Shown here piece after piece: positions 37,946 through 47,800 of a stretch of DNA of 64,000 nt. The notes under the pieces are model-generated. The model searched no databases. It saw only the letters and a list, made by a program, of their open reading frames with translations, and had not been told where the DNA came from. How positions within the stretch are numbered: position 1 is the first letter of the stretch; each line of letters opens with the position of its first letter. Source of the DNA: Planctomycetota bacterium (GTDB lineage Bacteria > Planctomycetota > Planctomycetia > Planctomycetales > Planctomycetaceae). The stretch covers positions 15,009-79,008 of the forward strand of contig JBCCJA010000005.1 in assembly GCA_039045975.1 (NCBI GenBank). Direction: 5' to 3'. Position numbers and translations under genes: made by a program.

Positions 37946-39253
37946 CTACCAGTAGAGACCTTCGACCTGCGCCGCCGTCCCGGCCGGGTCGAGCCCGCCG
38001 TCGAGGTCGATGACCACCTGATCAAAACGCAGCGAACCGAGCAGGTCGCCGAGCCCCGCGACCTTGTGCCCGTAGACGAACACCTCGCCGTGGGCCGCCG
38101 CCTGGCTCGGCGTGCAGAGTGACCGTTTCAGATGCGGCAGACGGCGGTCGATGAACTCTTTGTTCGCCCCGTGCAGGGACGCATAGGTCACGTCCGGGCA
38201 ATAGATTTTGAGATCGAAGCCCTTGCCGATCAGGTACTCCGCCAGCGACACGAGCGGGCTTTCCCGGAGATCGTCCGTCCCCTCCTTAAAAGACAGCCCG
38301 ATCAGCGTGATGTTTCGCCGGTCGAGCGACACGACCCGCTCTCCAAGCCTCTCGACCTGTGCCCTGTTCGACTGCAGCATCGACTCGAGCATCGGACTCG
38401 GCACGTAATTCTGCCGTCCCAGCGACAGCAGCCCGCGCAAATCTTTCGGCAGGCAGGAACCGCCGAACGCGAACCCGGGCCGCATGTATTTCGGCGAGAT
38501 GTTCAGCTTCGTATCGCGGCAGACGATGTCCATCACGTCGCGTGAATCGACGCCGACCGACTTCGCGAGCATCCCGATCTCGTTCGCGAACGTGATCTTT
38601 GCGGCGTGGAACAGGTTGCACGAGTACTTAATCATCTCCGCCGTCGGGACGGCGCAGCGGACCGCCTCGCCACAGGCCTCGCCGTACAGCTCGACGAGCT
38701 GCCCGAAGACTTTGTCGTCCTCGGTCCCGACGACCGTGAACGGCGGGTCGTAGAAATCCTTGAGGCTCGTCCCCTCACGCAGAAATTCCGGGTTCATCGC
38801 GAGGCCCAAATCCTCCCCCGCGACCCGGCCTTTCGCAGTGAGGATTTCCTTGACGAGCCCTTCCGTCGTGCCCGGGAGCACCGTCGAGCGGATCACGACC
38901 GTGTGGTGGCCTTCACGAGATTCGAGCGCCTCGGCGATCTCGCCGCAGACCTTTTCGATGTACCGCGTCTCGAAACTGCCGTCGGGCTTCGACGGCGTGC
39001 CGACGCAGACGATCGACAATTCGGTCTCGGCGATCGCGGCGGCCGGCGAATCGGTCACCGTCAGCCGGCCCGAGGCAACACCGTCGGCGAGCAGTTCGTC
39101 GAGCCCCGCTTCGACGAACGGCGCCCGACCGGAACTCAGGCTGTCGAGCTTCAACGTGTTCGGGTCGACCCCGATGACCCGATGACCCAGCTTCGCCAGA
39201 CACGCCGAAGTCACAGCGCCGACGTAACCCATCCCGAAAATCGAAACACGCAT
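37946..39253 (-). CDS. Nucleotide-sugar 6-dehydrogenase (UDP-glucose/GDP-mannose dehydrogenase family)
   Basis: The internal ATG gives MRVSIFGMGYVGAVTSACLAKLGHRVIGVD (AlgD/Ugd-type N-terminus). The catalytic block is GFAFGGSCLPKD. Confidence 0.9.
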   Translation of the reverse strand: MRVSIFGMGYVGAVTSACLAKLGHRVIGVDPNTLKLDSLSSGRAPFVEAGLDELLADGVASGRLTVTDSPAAAIAETELSIVCVGTPSKPDGSFETRYIEKVCGEIAEALESREGHHTVVIRSTVLPGTTEGLVKEILTAKGRVAGEDLGLAMNPEFLREGTSLKDFYDPPFTVVGTEDDKVFGQLVELYGEACGEAVRCAVPTAEMIKYSCNLFHAAKITFANEIGMLAKSVGVDSRDVMDIVCRDTKLNISPKYMRPGFAFGGSCLPKDLRGLLSLGRQNYVPSPMLESMLQSNRAQVERLGERVVSLDRRNITLIGLSFKEGTDDLRESPLVSLAEYLIGKGFDLKIYCPDVTYASLHGANKEFIDRRLPHLKRSLCTPSQAAAHGEVFVYGHKVAGLGDLLGSLRFDQVVIDLDGGLDPAGTAAQVEGLYW

Positions 39254-39288
39254 GGCAAGTCGTCCCGAAAAACACTCACTACGCCGTG

Positions 39289-40173
39289 TCACGCGTCACG
39301 CGGCTCACGGAGCAATCGCAGCAGATACTGACCGTATTCGTTCTTGCTCATGGACCCGCCGATCTCCTCGACGCGGGCGTCGTCGATCCATCCCTGTCGC
39401 CAAGCGATCTCTTCCGGACAGGCGATCTTCAAACCCTGTCGTTCTTCGACGGCCCGGACGAAATCGGACGCATCGTTCAGCGACGCGTGCGTGCCCGAGT
39501 CGAGCCACGCCGTGCCCCGGCCCAAAATCTCGACGCCCAACTTCCCGCGATCCAGGTATTCGCGGTTCACGTCGGTGATCTCCAGCTCGCCCCGCGGCGA
39601 AGGCTTCAAACCCTTCGCGACGTCGACCACGTCGCCGTCGTAGTAGTACAGGCCCGTGACGGCCAAATTCGATTTCGGCACCGAAGGCTTCTCGACCAAT
39701 TCGACCGGCCTGCCGGCCTTATCGAGCGTCACGACGCCATACCGCTCGGGGTCTTGGACACGGTAGGCGAAAACGGTCGCCCCGGCCTCGTTCGCGGCCG
39801 CCCGCTGCAGCTGCCCGCTCAACCCCTGGCCGAAAAAGATGTTGTCGCCGAGGACCAGACAAGACGGCCCGCCCGCGACGAAGTCCGCACCGATCAAGTA
39901 CGCCTGCGCCAGCCCGCCCGGATCGGGCTGCACGGCATAACGGATCGACACACCGAAGGCAGAGCCTTCGCCGAGCAGCCGTTCGAACATCGGCACGTCA
40001 TGGGGCGTGCTGATCACGAGCACGTCGCGGATTCCCGACAGCATCAGCGTCGAGAGCGGATAATAGATCATCGGCTTGTCGTAGACGGGGAGCAGCTGCT
40101 TGCTCACCGCCCGGGTCGCGGGATACAGCCGCGTTCCGGAACCGCCGGCCAGAATGATCCCTTTACGCGTCAC
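39289..40173 (-). CDS. rfbA: Glucose-1-phosphate thymidylyltransferase
   Basis: [55 protein letters not shown] prefer the GTG at 40173 ([11 protein letters not shown]) over the track ATG at 40266. Confidence 0.92.
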   Translation of the reverse strand: MTRKGIILAGGSGTRLYPATRAVSKQLLPVYDKPMIYYPLSTLMLSGIRDVLVISTPHDVPMFERLLGEGSAFGVSIRYAVQPDPGGLAQAYLIGADFVAGGPSCLVLGDNIFFGQGLSGQLQRAAANEAGATVFAYRVQDPERYGVVTLDKAGRPVELVEKPSVPKSNLAVTGLYYYDGDVVDVAKGLKPSPRGELEITDVNREYLDRGKLGVEILGRGTAWLDSGTHASLNDASDFVRAVEERQGLKIACPEEIAWRQGWIDDARVEEIGGSMSKNEYGQYLLRLLREPRDA

Positions 40174-40455
40174 CGTCCCGCCCCGCTCGAACGCCGCATT
40201 TAACAATTCGGGGGCGAGGATGTGCTCCGACGTGCGACAACGCAACACGCCCAAAACCACACTCACAGCATCAAAATATGTCGCTCCTTCGGACGTTACG
40301 GCTCACCTTCATCAAGCGCGAGAAGGCATGGCATTTTCCACAAGTAGGAATTTGCCCTGACCGCCGCCCACGCGCAAACTTGTAAAATCTGTTGCCGCAG
40401 CCAGACGCCACCGGCTCGATATCGACCCCACCGAGCCCGTAGGTCGGCAATACCT

Positions 40456-41391
40456 GTGAACGAAGCCGTCGCGATTCAGAGGGGCGAGCCGACAGCCGGT
40501 CCGCCTGCGGCCTTGCCGGCGATCTGCTGCGTCGTGCTCGCGTCGGCGGCCGTCGTCAGCCACGCCGATGTCGTCGCAGATCTCGTCGCGATCTGGAACA
40601 AGTCGCAAGACTTCTCCCACGGCTACGTCGTCCCGGTCTTTTCGATCTACCTGATCTGGCGTCAGCGGGCCGCCATCGCCGAGTGCCTGAAGAAGCCGAC
40701 GTCGCTGTTCGGACTGATCGCGGGCGTCAACTGCGGCATCGTCGCGATCGCGTTGCGGATCAGCGGCGTCGTGTATCAAGTCGTCGGACTCGAAGCCATC
40801 GGCCTGATGGTGGCCCTCTACGCCGTGGCGCTGATTTGCCTCGGTCGCCGCGGCGCGTGGTTGGTCACGCCCGCGATCGGCTTCTTGATCTTCGCCCTGC
40901 CGATGCCCGGCTTCATCATCGTGCCGCTCAGGCTGTGGCTGCAGAAGCTCGCGACGATCGGCAGCACGTTCGTGCTCCAGACACTCGGCCTGCCGGCAGT
41001 CATTCAAGGCAACACGATCCGCCTGCCCGACGCGGTCCTCGGCGTCGCCGAGGCGTGCAGCGGGATGCGGATGCTGATCACGTTCGCGGCGATCGTGTGC
41101 GGCTCGGTCCTCGTCAGCCGACAGCCCCTGTACGAGAAGGCGCTGACGCTGCTCGCGATCGTCCCGATCACGCTCGGCGTGAATATCGCCCGGATCGTGA
41201 CGACCGGCATCGTTTACAACACCTACGGCGAAGAGCAGGGCGACGCCGTGCACGACTGGGCCGGCTTCGGCATGATCCTGCTCGGGGTCGGCCTCCTGAG
41301 TGTGTGGACGGGGACCATCTCCAAGATTTTCGACAGCCCCGGTGACCCGGCCGCGGGCCCCCGCGACCCGGCGACCGCGCCGCCCGCGTAA
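40456..41391 (+). CDS. Exosortase (EpsH/Xrt family transpeptidase)
   Basis: Polytopic membrane protein with DFSHGYVVP, the catalytic-Cys block AEACSGMRML, and NIARIV (Arg block). These are the diagnostic exosortase motifs. Confidence 0.85.
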   Translation: MNEAVAIQRGEPTAGPPAALPAICCVVLASAAVVSHADVVADLVAIWNKSQDFSHGYVVPVFSIYLIWRQRAAIAECLKKPTSLFGLIAGVNCGIVAIALRISGVVYQVVGLEAIGLMVALYAVALICLGRRGAWLVTPAIGFLIFALPMPGFIIVPLRLWLQKLATIGSTFVLQTLGLPAVIQGNTIRLPDAVLGVAEACSGMRMLITFAAIVCGSVLVSRQPLYEKALTLLAIVPITLGVNIARIVTTGIVYNTYGEEQGDAVHDWAGFGMILLGVGLLSVWTGTISKIFDSPGDPAAGPRDPATAPPA

Positions 41392-41487
41392 GATCTCAAG
41401 CAGCGGCAGGAAGCCGGACACGGGTGGCCGGACCGAAGGCCCGCACAGCCGACGTCCCCGCCCCACCGAGCCTGCCGACACTGACTC

Positions 41488-44052
41488 ATGGCCGACACAT
41501 CGAGCACCGCCCCCGCCGTCCGCCCGACGCCGCCCGAGGCCCGTCCGCCCGTCAACGGCTTGATACGGCAGACCGCGGCGGTGCCGACGTTGCGTCCGGC
41601 CGTGCAACGGCCGGAAGTCGATGAAGCCGGGATCAGCCCCTCGGTCATCGCCAACGCGGTCCGCCGCTGTTGGCCGACGGCGTTACTGCTCGGCTTGCTG
41701 CTCGGACCGCCCGGCGCGGTCGGCGCCTGGATGTCGTTGACGCCGCAATTTACGGCAGCCCGGTTTCTGCGGATCGACGCCGCGACCGACAAGGTCGTCT
41801 TCGACACCGCCGACACGGGGACCGATTCACTCCGCACGTTCAAGCTCTTCAAAGATACGCAGCTCAGCCTGATCAGTTCTCCACTCGTGCTCGCCGCAGC
41901 GATCGGGACCGAAGGCGTGGCGGAACTCCCGCTCGTCATCGAAAACGAAGCCTCTCTCGAATGGCTCGAAGAGTGCCTCAGCGCGAGGTTCCCCAACGAC
42001 GCCGAGATCTTGAACGTCAGCGTCAAAACGCCCGACCCGGGCACATCGCTGAAACTCGTCGACGCCGTCGTCGACGCCTACATGAGCGAGGTCGTCCTCG
42101 CCGAACGCAACAGACGTCTGCAAGGACTCGAGACCTTGGAGCGGACCCGGGCCGAGACGGTCAACCGGGTCCGCGCCCGGCGGTCCGAGTTGAAGGTGCT
42201 CGCCGAGACACTCGGCACGGGCGACCCGGAGTCGCTCAGCATCCGCCAGCAGGCCGCGATGCAGGAAGGCACGATGCTCCGCCGGCAACTCGGCGAAGTG
42301 AAATACCGCGTGCTCACCCTCGAAGGCCGACTCGAAATGGCCCGGAGCATTTTGAGCGAAAAGAAAGCGGAGAAGTCCGACGCGGTCGAGGGGACAGACG
42401 ACAGTCCGAACGAAGCCGAGGAAGCATCACAGCCCGAAGCCATCGCCCGGACCGAGGCCGACGACTCACCCGTTGTCCCTGAAGGCGGAACCGTCGACGT
42501 CGAAGACGCGACCGTCGCGGCGTCGACTGCGGCCACCGGCCCCGTCGGACAACCCGCCGATGCCGATCCGATCACGACCGACCCCGGCACCGACTCGTAC
42601 ACGGCCGCGGAAATCGTCATCCCGGAATTCCGCATCGACCAACTCGTCCAAGCCGATCCGACCGCGGCCGGACTGAACCGGCAGCGTTCCCGACTCGAAA
42701 ACCTCATCATCCGTGCCGAGGCGAAGATGACCGCGTCCGCCGCCGACGCGATGCTCGATCGTCACCGCGAGAGCCTGAAAGAGGTCGACGCCGAGCTGGC
42801 CGCCCGTCGTGAAGAACTCGCCGACGGGCTGCGGGCCGAATTGCTGGCCGGCAAAGCCACCCCGGACGGACTCCCCTTCGACCCGATGCAGGGAATCAAA
42901 CAGCTGGAAATGGAACTGGGCATCCTCGCACAGCAGAAGAAGCTGCTCGAAAGCGACCTCGCCCAGTTCGAAACCGACATCAAGGCCCTCAGCCGGTCGT
43001 CGATCGACGTCGAGATGATGCGGGAAGACATCGCCGCCCAGGAATCGATCCTCGCCGGTCTGAACACCGAGATCGAGAAGACCCGCGTCGAGCTCAAGGC
43101 CGACTCGCGCGTCGAGCCGATCACCGAGGCCCGGCTGGTCGACAACCTCGACCTGACGAAACGGATCGCCGCGGCGGCCGGTGCCGGACTGGGAGGGCTC
43201 TGCCTGCCGCTCGCCGCGTTGCTTCTGTTCGACCTGCGTCGCGGCCCCGTAAACGGCTCGCAGTCGTTGGCGGACCGGCTCGGCGTCCCGATCCTCGGCA
43301 CGACGCCGAAGGTGAAGAATCCGACCGTGATCGCCCGCAACGAGCCATTGAGGAGCCGCGCCGACCGCGAAATGGCCGAATCGATCGACGCGATCGCCTC
43401 GATGCTGTTGAGCCAAACACGCCTCGACGGACGGCGGGTGCTACTCGTCACCAGCGCCGTACCGGACGAAGGAAAAACGACGCTGGCGTGCAATCTGTCG
43501 GCGGCACTCGCGGCTGCCGGCAAGCGGGTCGTCCTCGTCGACGTCGACCTGCGACGGCCCTCGGTCCATATCGAGCTCGGTCTGGACGAGGCCCCGGGCG
43601 TCAGCGACCTCCTCGACGGCAGCACGGAAATCGCCGACGCCGTCCGCAGCCTCAGCGATACCCGCGACGTACTCACCACCGGGTCGGGCGAAGGGCACGT
43701 GATGTCGGGCTCGACGCGAGAGGCGTTGCCGCGACTAATCGGAGAGCTCAGGTCGCGTTACGAGTTCGTCATCCTCGACGGCGCGCCGTTGATCCCGATC
43801 GCCGACAGCCGCGTGATTTCGCAGCACGCCGACGCAGCGATCCTTACGGCGATCCGTGACAAAAGCCGCGTCAACCAGGTCGTCGCGGCGAAGGAACTGC
43901 TCGACGCGTACGACACGCCGGTGCAGGGGATCGTCGTCGCCGGCTGCACCGATTCGGCGTGCGGGTACGGCGACGGCTATTACTACACGTACGCATACTC
44001 CGATGGCGGCGGCGACCGCATCTCGCGACGGGCCTCCGCCCCGTCGGTTTGA
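41488..44052 (+). CDS. Polysaccharide co-polymerase / BY-kinase (Wzc/GumC/EpsG-like chain-length determinant with tyrosine autokinase)
   Basis: N-terminal Wzz-like TM segment, then a long coiled coil and a second TM. Walker A LLVTSAVPDEGKTTLACNLSAALA, VVLVDVDLRRP, FVILDGAPL, and the C-terminal tyrosine cluster GYGDGYYYTYAYSDGG. Confidence 0.85.
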   Translation: MADTSSTAPAVRPTPPEARPPVNGLIRQTAAVPTLRPAVQRPEVDEAGISPSVIANAVRRCWPTALLLGLLLGPPGAVGAWMSLTPQFTAARFLRIDAATDKVVFDTADTGTDSLRTFKLFKDTQLSLISSPLVLAAAIGTEGVAELPLVIENEASLEWLEECLSARFPNDAEILNVSVKTPDPGTSLKLVDAVVDAYMSEVVLAERNRRLQGLETLERTRAETVNRVRARRSELKVLAETLGTGDPESLSIRQQAAMQEGTMLRRQLGEVKYRVLTLEGRLEMARSILSEKKAEKSDAVEGTDDSPNEAEEASQPEAIARTEADDSPVVPEGGTVDVEDATVAASTAATGPVGQPADADPITTDPGTDSYTAAEIVIPEFRIDQLVQADPTAAGLNRQRSRLENLIIRAEAKMTASAADAMLDRHRESLKEVDAELAARREELADGLRAELLAGKATPDGLPFDPMQGIKQLEMELGILAQQKKLLESDLAQFETDIKALSRSSIDVEMMREDIAAQESILAGLNTEIEKTRVELKADSRVEPITEARLVDNLDLTKRIAAAAGAGLGGLCLPLAALLLFDLRRGPVNGSQSLADRLGVPILGTTPKVKNPTVIARNEPLRSRADREMAESIDAIASMLLSQTRLDGRRVLLVTSAVPDEGKTTLACNLSAALAAAGKRVVLVDVDLRRPSVHIELGLDEAPGVSDLLDGSTEIADAVRSLSDTRDVLTTGSGEGHVMSGSTREALPRLIGELRSRYEFVILDGAPLIPIADSRVISQHADAAILTAIRDKSRVNQVVAAKELLDAYDTPVQGIVVAGCTDSACGYGDGYYYTYAYSDGGGDRISRRASAPSV

Positions 44053-44147
44053 GACTCCGACACGCCTCCGAGGGAACGAAGGCGAGGACAAGGAAACCGG
44101 CACCGCCGCGACCGCGACAGACAGCCCTCAACGACCGATCGAACACG

Positions 44148-44858
44148 ATGCCGATTTTGACCCGTGTGGCCGTCGCCGCCTTGATCCTGATCGGCGGACA
44201 TTTCGCGACCGTGGCGGCCAAAGCCCGCTTCGAGTTCGACGTCACCCAGCCGACGTTCGACCTCGCCGAATTTCCCGAAGAGGTCGGAGACTACGTCGGC
44301 AAAGACACCGAAATGGACGACGGCGTCCGCGGCGTCCTGAAGGCGAAAACCAGCATCAACCGCGTCTACCGCGAGCGGTTCCGTCCCGAAGTGCGGATCC
44401 ACGGCGCCGTCTGGTCCGACATGAGTCACGTCAGCGACGGCTGCCCGCACCACCCCGACGTCTGCTACCCGGCCCAGGGCTGGTCGACCGAGTCGATCAA
44501 AACGCTGACGGTCGAAACGGCCGCGGGCCGTTCCGTCCCGGTGAGGCTCGCGTTGATGAGCCGCGAGTTCGAACGCGTCGTCGTCGCCCACACGTATCGG
44601 CTCGGCGCCGACAGCTTCACGAACATCGCGGAAGCACGGCCCGTGCTCGAAGGGCTCCGCGGCACGGGGGAGTGGCCTCACGTCATGAAGTTGATGATCC
44701 AGATCGGCACGGCCGACCTGGACGCGGCCCGGCCGTCGGCCGAGTTCTTCGTTAAAGAGGTCTTCGACTGGCTCGACGCCGTCGAACCGATCGGCGAAGT
44801 CCCGGACGAGACCGCACCGGCCGACACCTCCGGCGAAGCTCCTGCCGTCGACGCCTGA
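44148..44858 (+). CDS. EpsI-family (exosortase-associated) protein
   Basis: Internal ATG 44148. An N-terminal TM (MPILTRVAVAALILIGGHF), then FPEEVGDYVGKD...INRVY...HHPDVCYPAQGW, the conserved EpsI core (H.P..C.p..GW). Confidence 0.7.
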   Translation: MPILTRVAVAALILIGGHFATVAAKARFEFDVTQPTFDLAEFPEEVGDYVGKDTEMDDGVRGVLKAKTSINRVYRERFRPEVRIHGAVWSDMSHVSDGCPHHPDVCYPAQGWSTESIKTLTVETAAGRSVPVRLALMSREFERVVVAHTYRLGADSFTNIAEARPVLEGLRGTGEWPHVMKLMIQIGTADLDAARPSAEFFVKEVFDWLDAVEPIGEVPDETAPADTSGEAPAVDA

Positions 44859-44891
44859 CGGATCGGGCCGGCGACATCGTCCCGCCCCGGC

Positions 44892-47800
44892 ATGGCCGCA
44901 TCCTCCCACACCCCCGCCACCGAATTCCTCGAGATGCCCAAAGTCAACGGCCGCTTTCTCGGCATCCTCGTCGTGACGTTCGCCGTGCTCGCCGGCGGCG
45001 TCTACGCGACGCACACCTATCAGGTCGGCAGGCAGACGCGGCTGCTCCGCGAGCAGGCCGTCGCGGCCGCCGAACGTGACGACGCGGAAGACGCGATCGC
45101 GACGTACCGCCAGTACCTCGGCCTGGCGAAAGACGACCATGTCACCCGCGAAGAGTTCGGCGACTACATGCGTCGGATCGGGCAAATAAGAGAAGCCTAT
45201 CGGCTCTACGACCGCGCGGCGGCCGCCCGCGGCGACGATCTGGAGCTCGCGAAGAAGCTGACCGAGGTCGCCCTCGACTTGCAGCGGTTCGACGACGCAC
45301 TCCGCGTCTCGCAGACGACGCTGCTCGCCGCCGAACCGGCCGACCCCGAGTCCCTCACGCTCGCCGCTCGCGCCCATCTCGGCCTGCGCGAGTTTGACGA
45401 AGCGGCCGAAAAGCTCCGGCAGGCCGTCGAATCGGGTCGGGCCGATGTCACAGCGAGCACGATCTACGCCCGCCTCACCGCCGCACGCGACGCCGACATC
45501 CCCGCCGGTCTGACGACCCTCGACCGCCTCGTCGAAAGCTCGCCCGACGACGCGGAAGCACTCATCGCCCGCGGCCGCTACTCGCTCGACGTCGCCAGAG
45601 GCCGCATCGCGACCTTCCTCGGGAACGATGACACCGCAAACGAGGACGACTCCGCGGAGACGGTCGTCGACGGCAGCGAAGACGCCGGCCCCGTCACCGA
45701 ACGTGACGAGCCGATCCCCGTCGACCGCCGACAGGCCCTTGCCGCCGCGACCGCCGACGCGTTCCGGGCGATCTCGCTCGCCCCCGAGAACACCGACGCC
45801 ATCCGGCTCGGCATCGAAACGACGTTCCTGTCCGGCGACTACGCAAAGCTCCTCGAACTCACGACCCGGGCGATCGAGGCGTTCCCCGAAGACGTGATGT
45901 TCTACGAGTCACGCGCCGAAGCGCTGCTCCGCACGGGTAAGACCGAAGAGGCCATCGCGACCCTCCGCAGCGGCATCGAGGCGACGTCCTCAACTTGGCG
46001 ACTCCGCTGGACCCTGACCACGTTGCTGATCGACGCCGGCCGGTTCGACGACGCCGAGCAGGAACTGCCCGAACTCGAACAAGCCGAGCCGCCCGACGCT
46101 TTGCTCGGCTACGCCCGCGGCCGGATCGCGGCGAGCCGTGGAGAATGGCAGCGAGCGATCGACCTGCTCCAAGGCTGCCGCGACGGACTGATCAGGAACC
46201 GCCGCTACGCCGAATTGGCCGACTATCAGCTCGCCATCTGCTTTCGCGAACTCGGCGACGACGACAGGCGTATCGCGTCGCTCCGCCGCGTGTTGACGAA
46301 CAACCCACTGGCGGTCTCCGCCCGTAAGGAGCTCGCGATCGCGTTCGTCGACGTCGGCCGGGCCGATCTGGCGTCCGACGAACTGACACTGGCGCTCGCG
46401 CTCGGCGGGAACGACGCCCGGTCGTTATTGACGCTCGCGGCGTTCGAAATCGTCGACAACCTGCGACAAGACGAAGACGCCCGCCGCTGGGAGCGGGTCG
46501 ATCAAATACTCACCCAACTCGACCGCCTCGTGCGCGAAGGGATCCGTGCTGCCACGGAAGAAGGCCCGGACGCCGCCGGCGCCGTACCTGACGTCACGGC
46601 GGCCCGCAGGCTGCTCGCCGACGCGACGGTCCTCCGGGCCGAGGCCGTCTCGGCCAGGGGCCAGATCGAGGAAGCGCTCACATTGCTCGCGACAGCGACC
46701 GACGAGTGGCCCGAATCAGAAGAGCTCGCGATCCTCCGAGCGCTCTTCGAGAGCCGTGCCGGCAATCACGGAACGGCCGAAACGCTACTCACCGACATCG
46801 AAGCGAACTTCGAGGGCTCCGTCAGACTCCGTCATGCCCGAGCCGTCTGTCTGACCGAGCGGGCCGAACAAGACCGGGGGACTTTCCCGACGGCCGAAAT
46901 CGTCGCGTTCGCCCGGCCGCCCGCGGAAGGAAACGAAACAACCGCCGCGGAGTCCGCCGCGGTCTTCTACCGCATTCTGTCTCGGGCAGGGGCGGCGGAA
47001 GCGGCCGTGGACGCCGCCCGACGTGTCGCCGACGCGCGGCCGACCGACCTCACACCGCGGATGTTTCTGCTCGACCGTGCCGCGGAAGCGAACGACGCCG
47101 AGACACTCCACGCCCTCGCCGAGGAGATCCGCGAAATCAACGGCGACGGCGGCGAATACGAGTACGCCGCCGCCCTCGCCGACGTCGTCACGGCCCGACA
47201 GACCGCCGCGAGCGGCCGCCTGCCGGCAGAGGTCATGTCAGACGCCCAGGACCGCCTCGGCAGGGCGGCCCTGAAACGACCGCACTGGCACGCTATCCCC
47301 TCACTTTCGGCCCGACTGCATCAGGAAGCGGGCGACGCCGAGGCCGCCCTCGGCAGATTCGCCGAAGCGTTCGAACTCGGCGAGCGTGACCCGGAAGTCG
47401 TCGCCGAACTGCTCGTCATGCTCGAAGACCGCGGCCGCTATGCCGAGGCCGACGCCGTCGTCCGACGCCTCCGTTCGGACCGCGTGCCCGTCTCCGACGC
47501 GCTCAAACGCGTCGCGATCGAACGCAGCCCCCAACGGTCCGACTACGACCGGGCCGGGCGTCTGACCGGTCTCGGGGCCGTCGACACGGACGACGTCGGC
47601 GACCTCCTCTGGCTCGGGCACGTCCACGCGATCCTCGGCGACACCGTCGCCGCCGACGAAGCGTTCGCCGAGGCGCTGACGCGCGCCCCCGGCGACCGAC
47701 GGACGCGGATCGGTCGGCTCCGCTTTTTGGCGGCCGCAGGCCGCACCGAAGAGGCCGAAGCCGCGCTCGAAGCCTGGGCCGCTCCGGGCGACGAGATCTT

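Noticed and set aside
40174-40455. A possible sigma-70-type promoter (TTGCCC ... TAAAAT) in the divergent rfbA/exosortase intergenic region.
   Set aside because: The spacing between the candidate -35 and -10 hexamers is about 25 nt, which is too long. Planctomycete promoter consensus is poorly defined. The sequence alone does not support the call.
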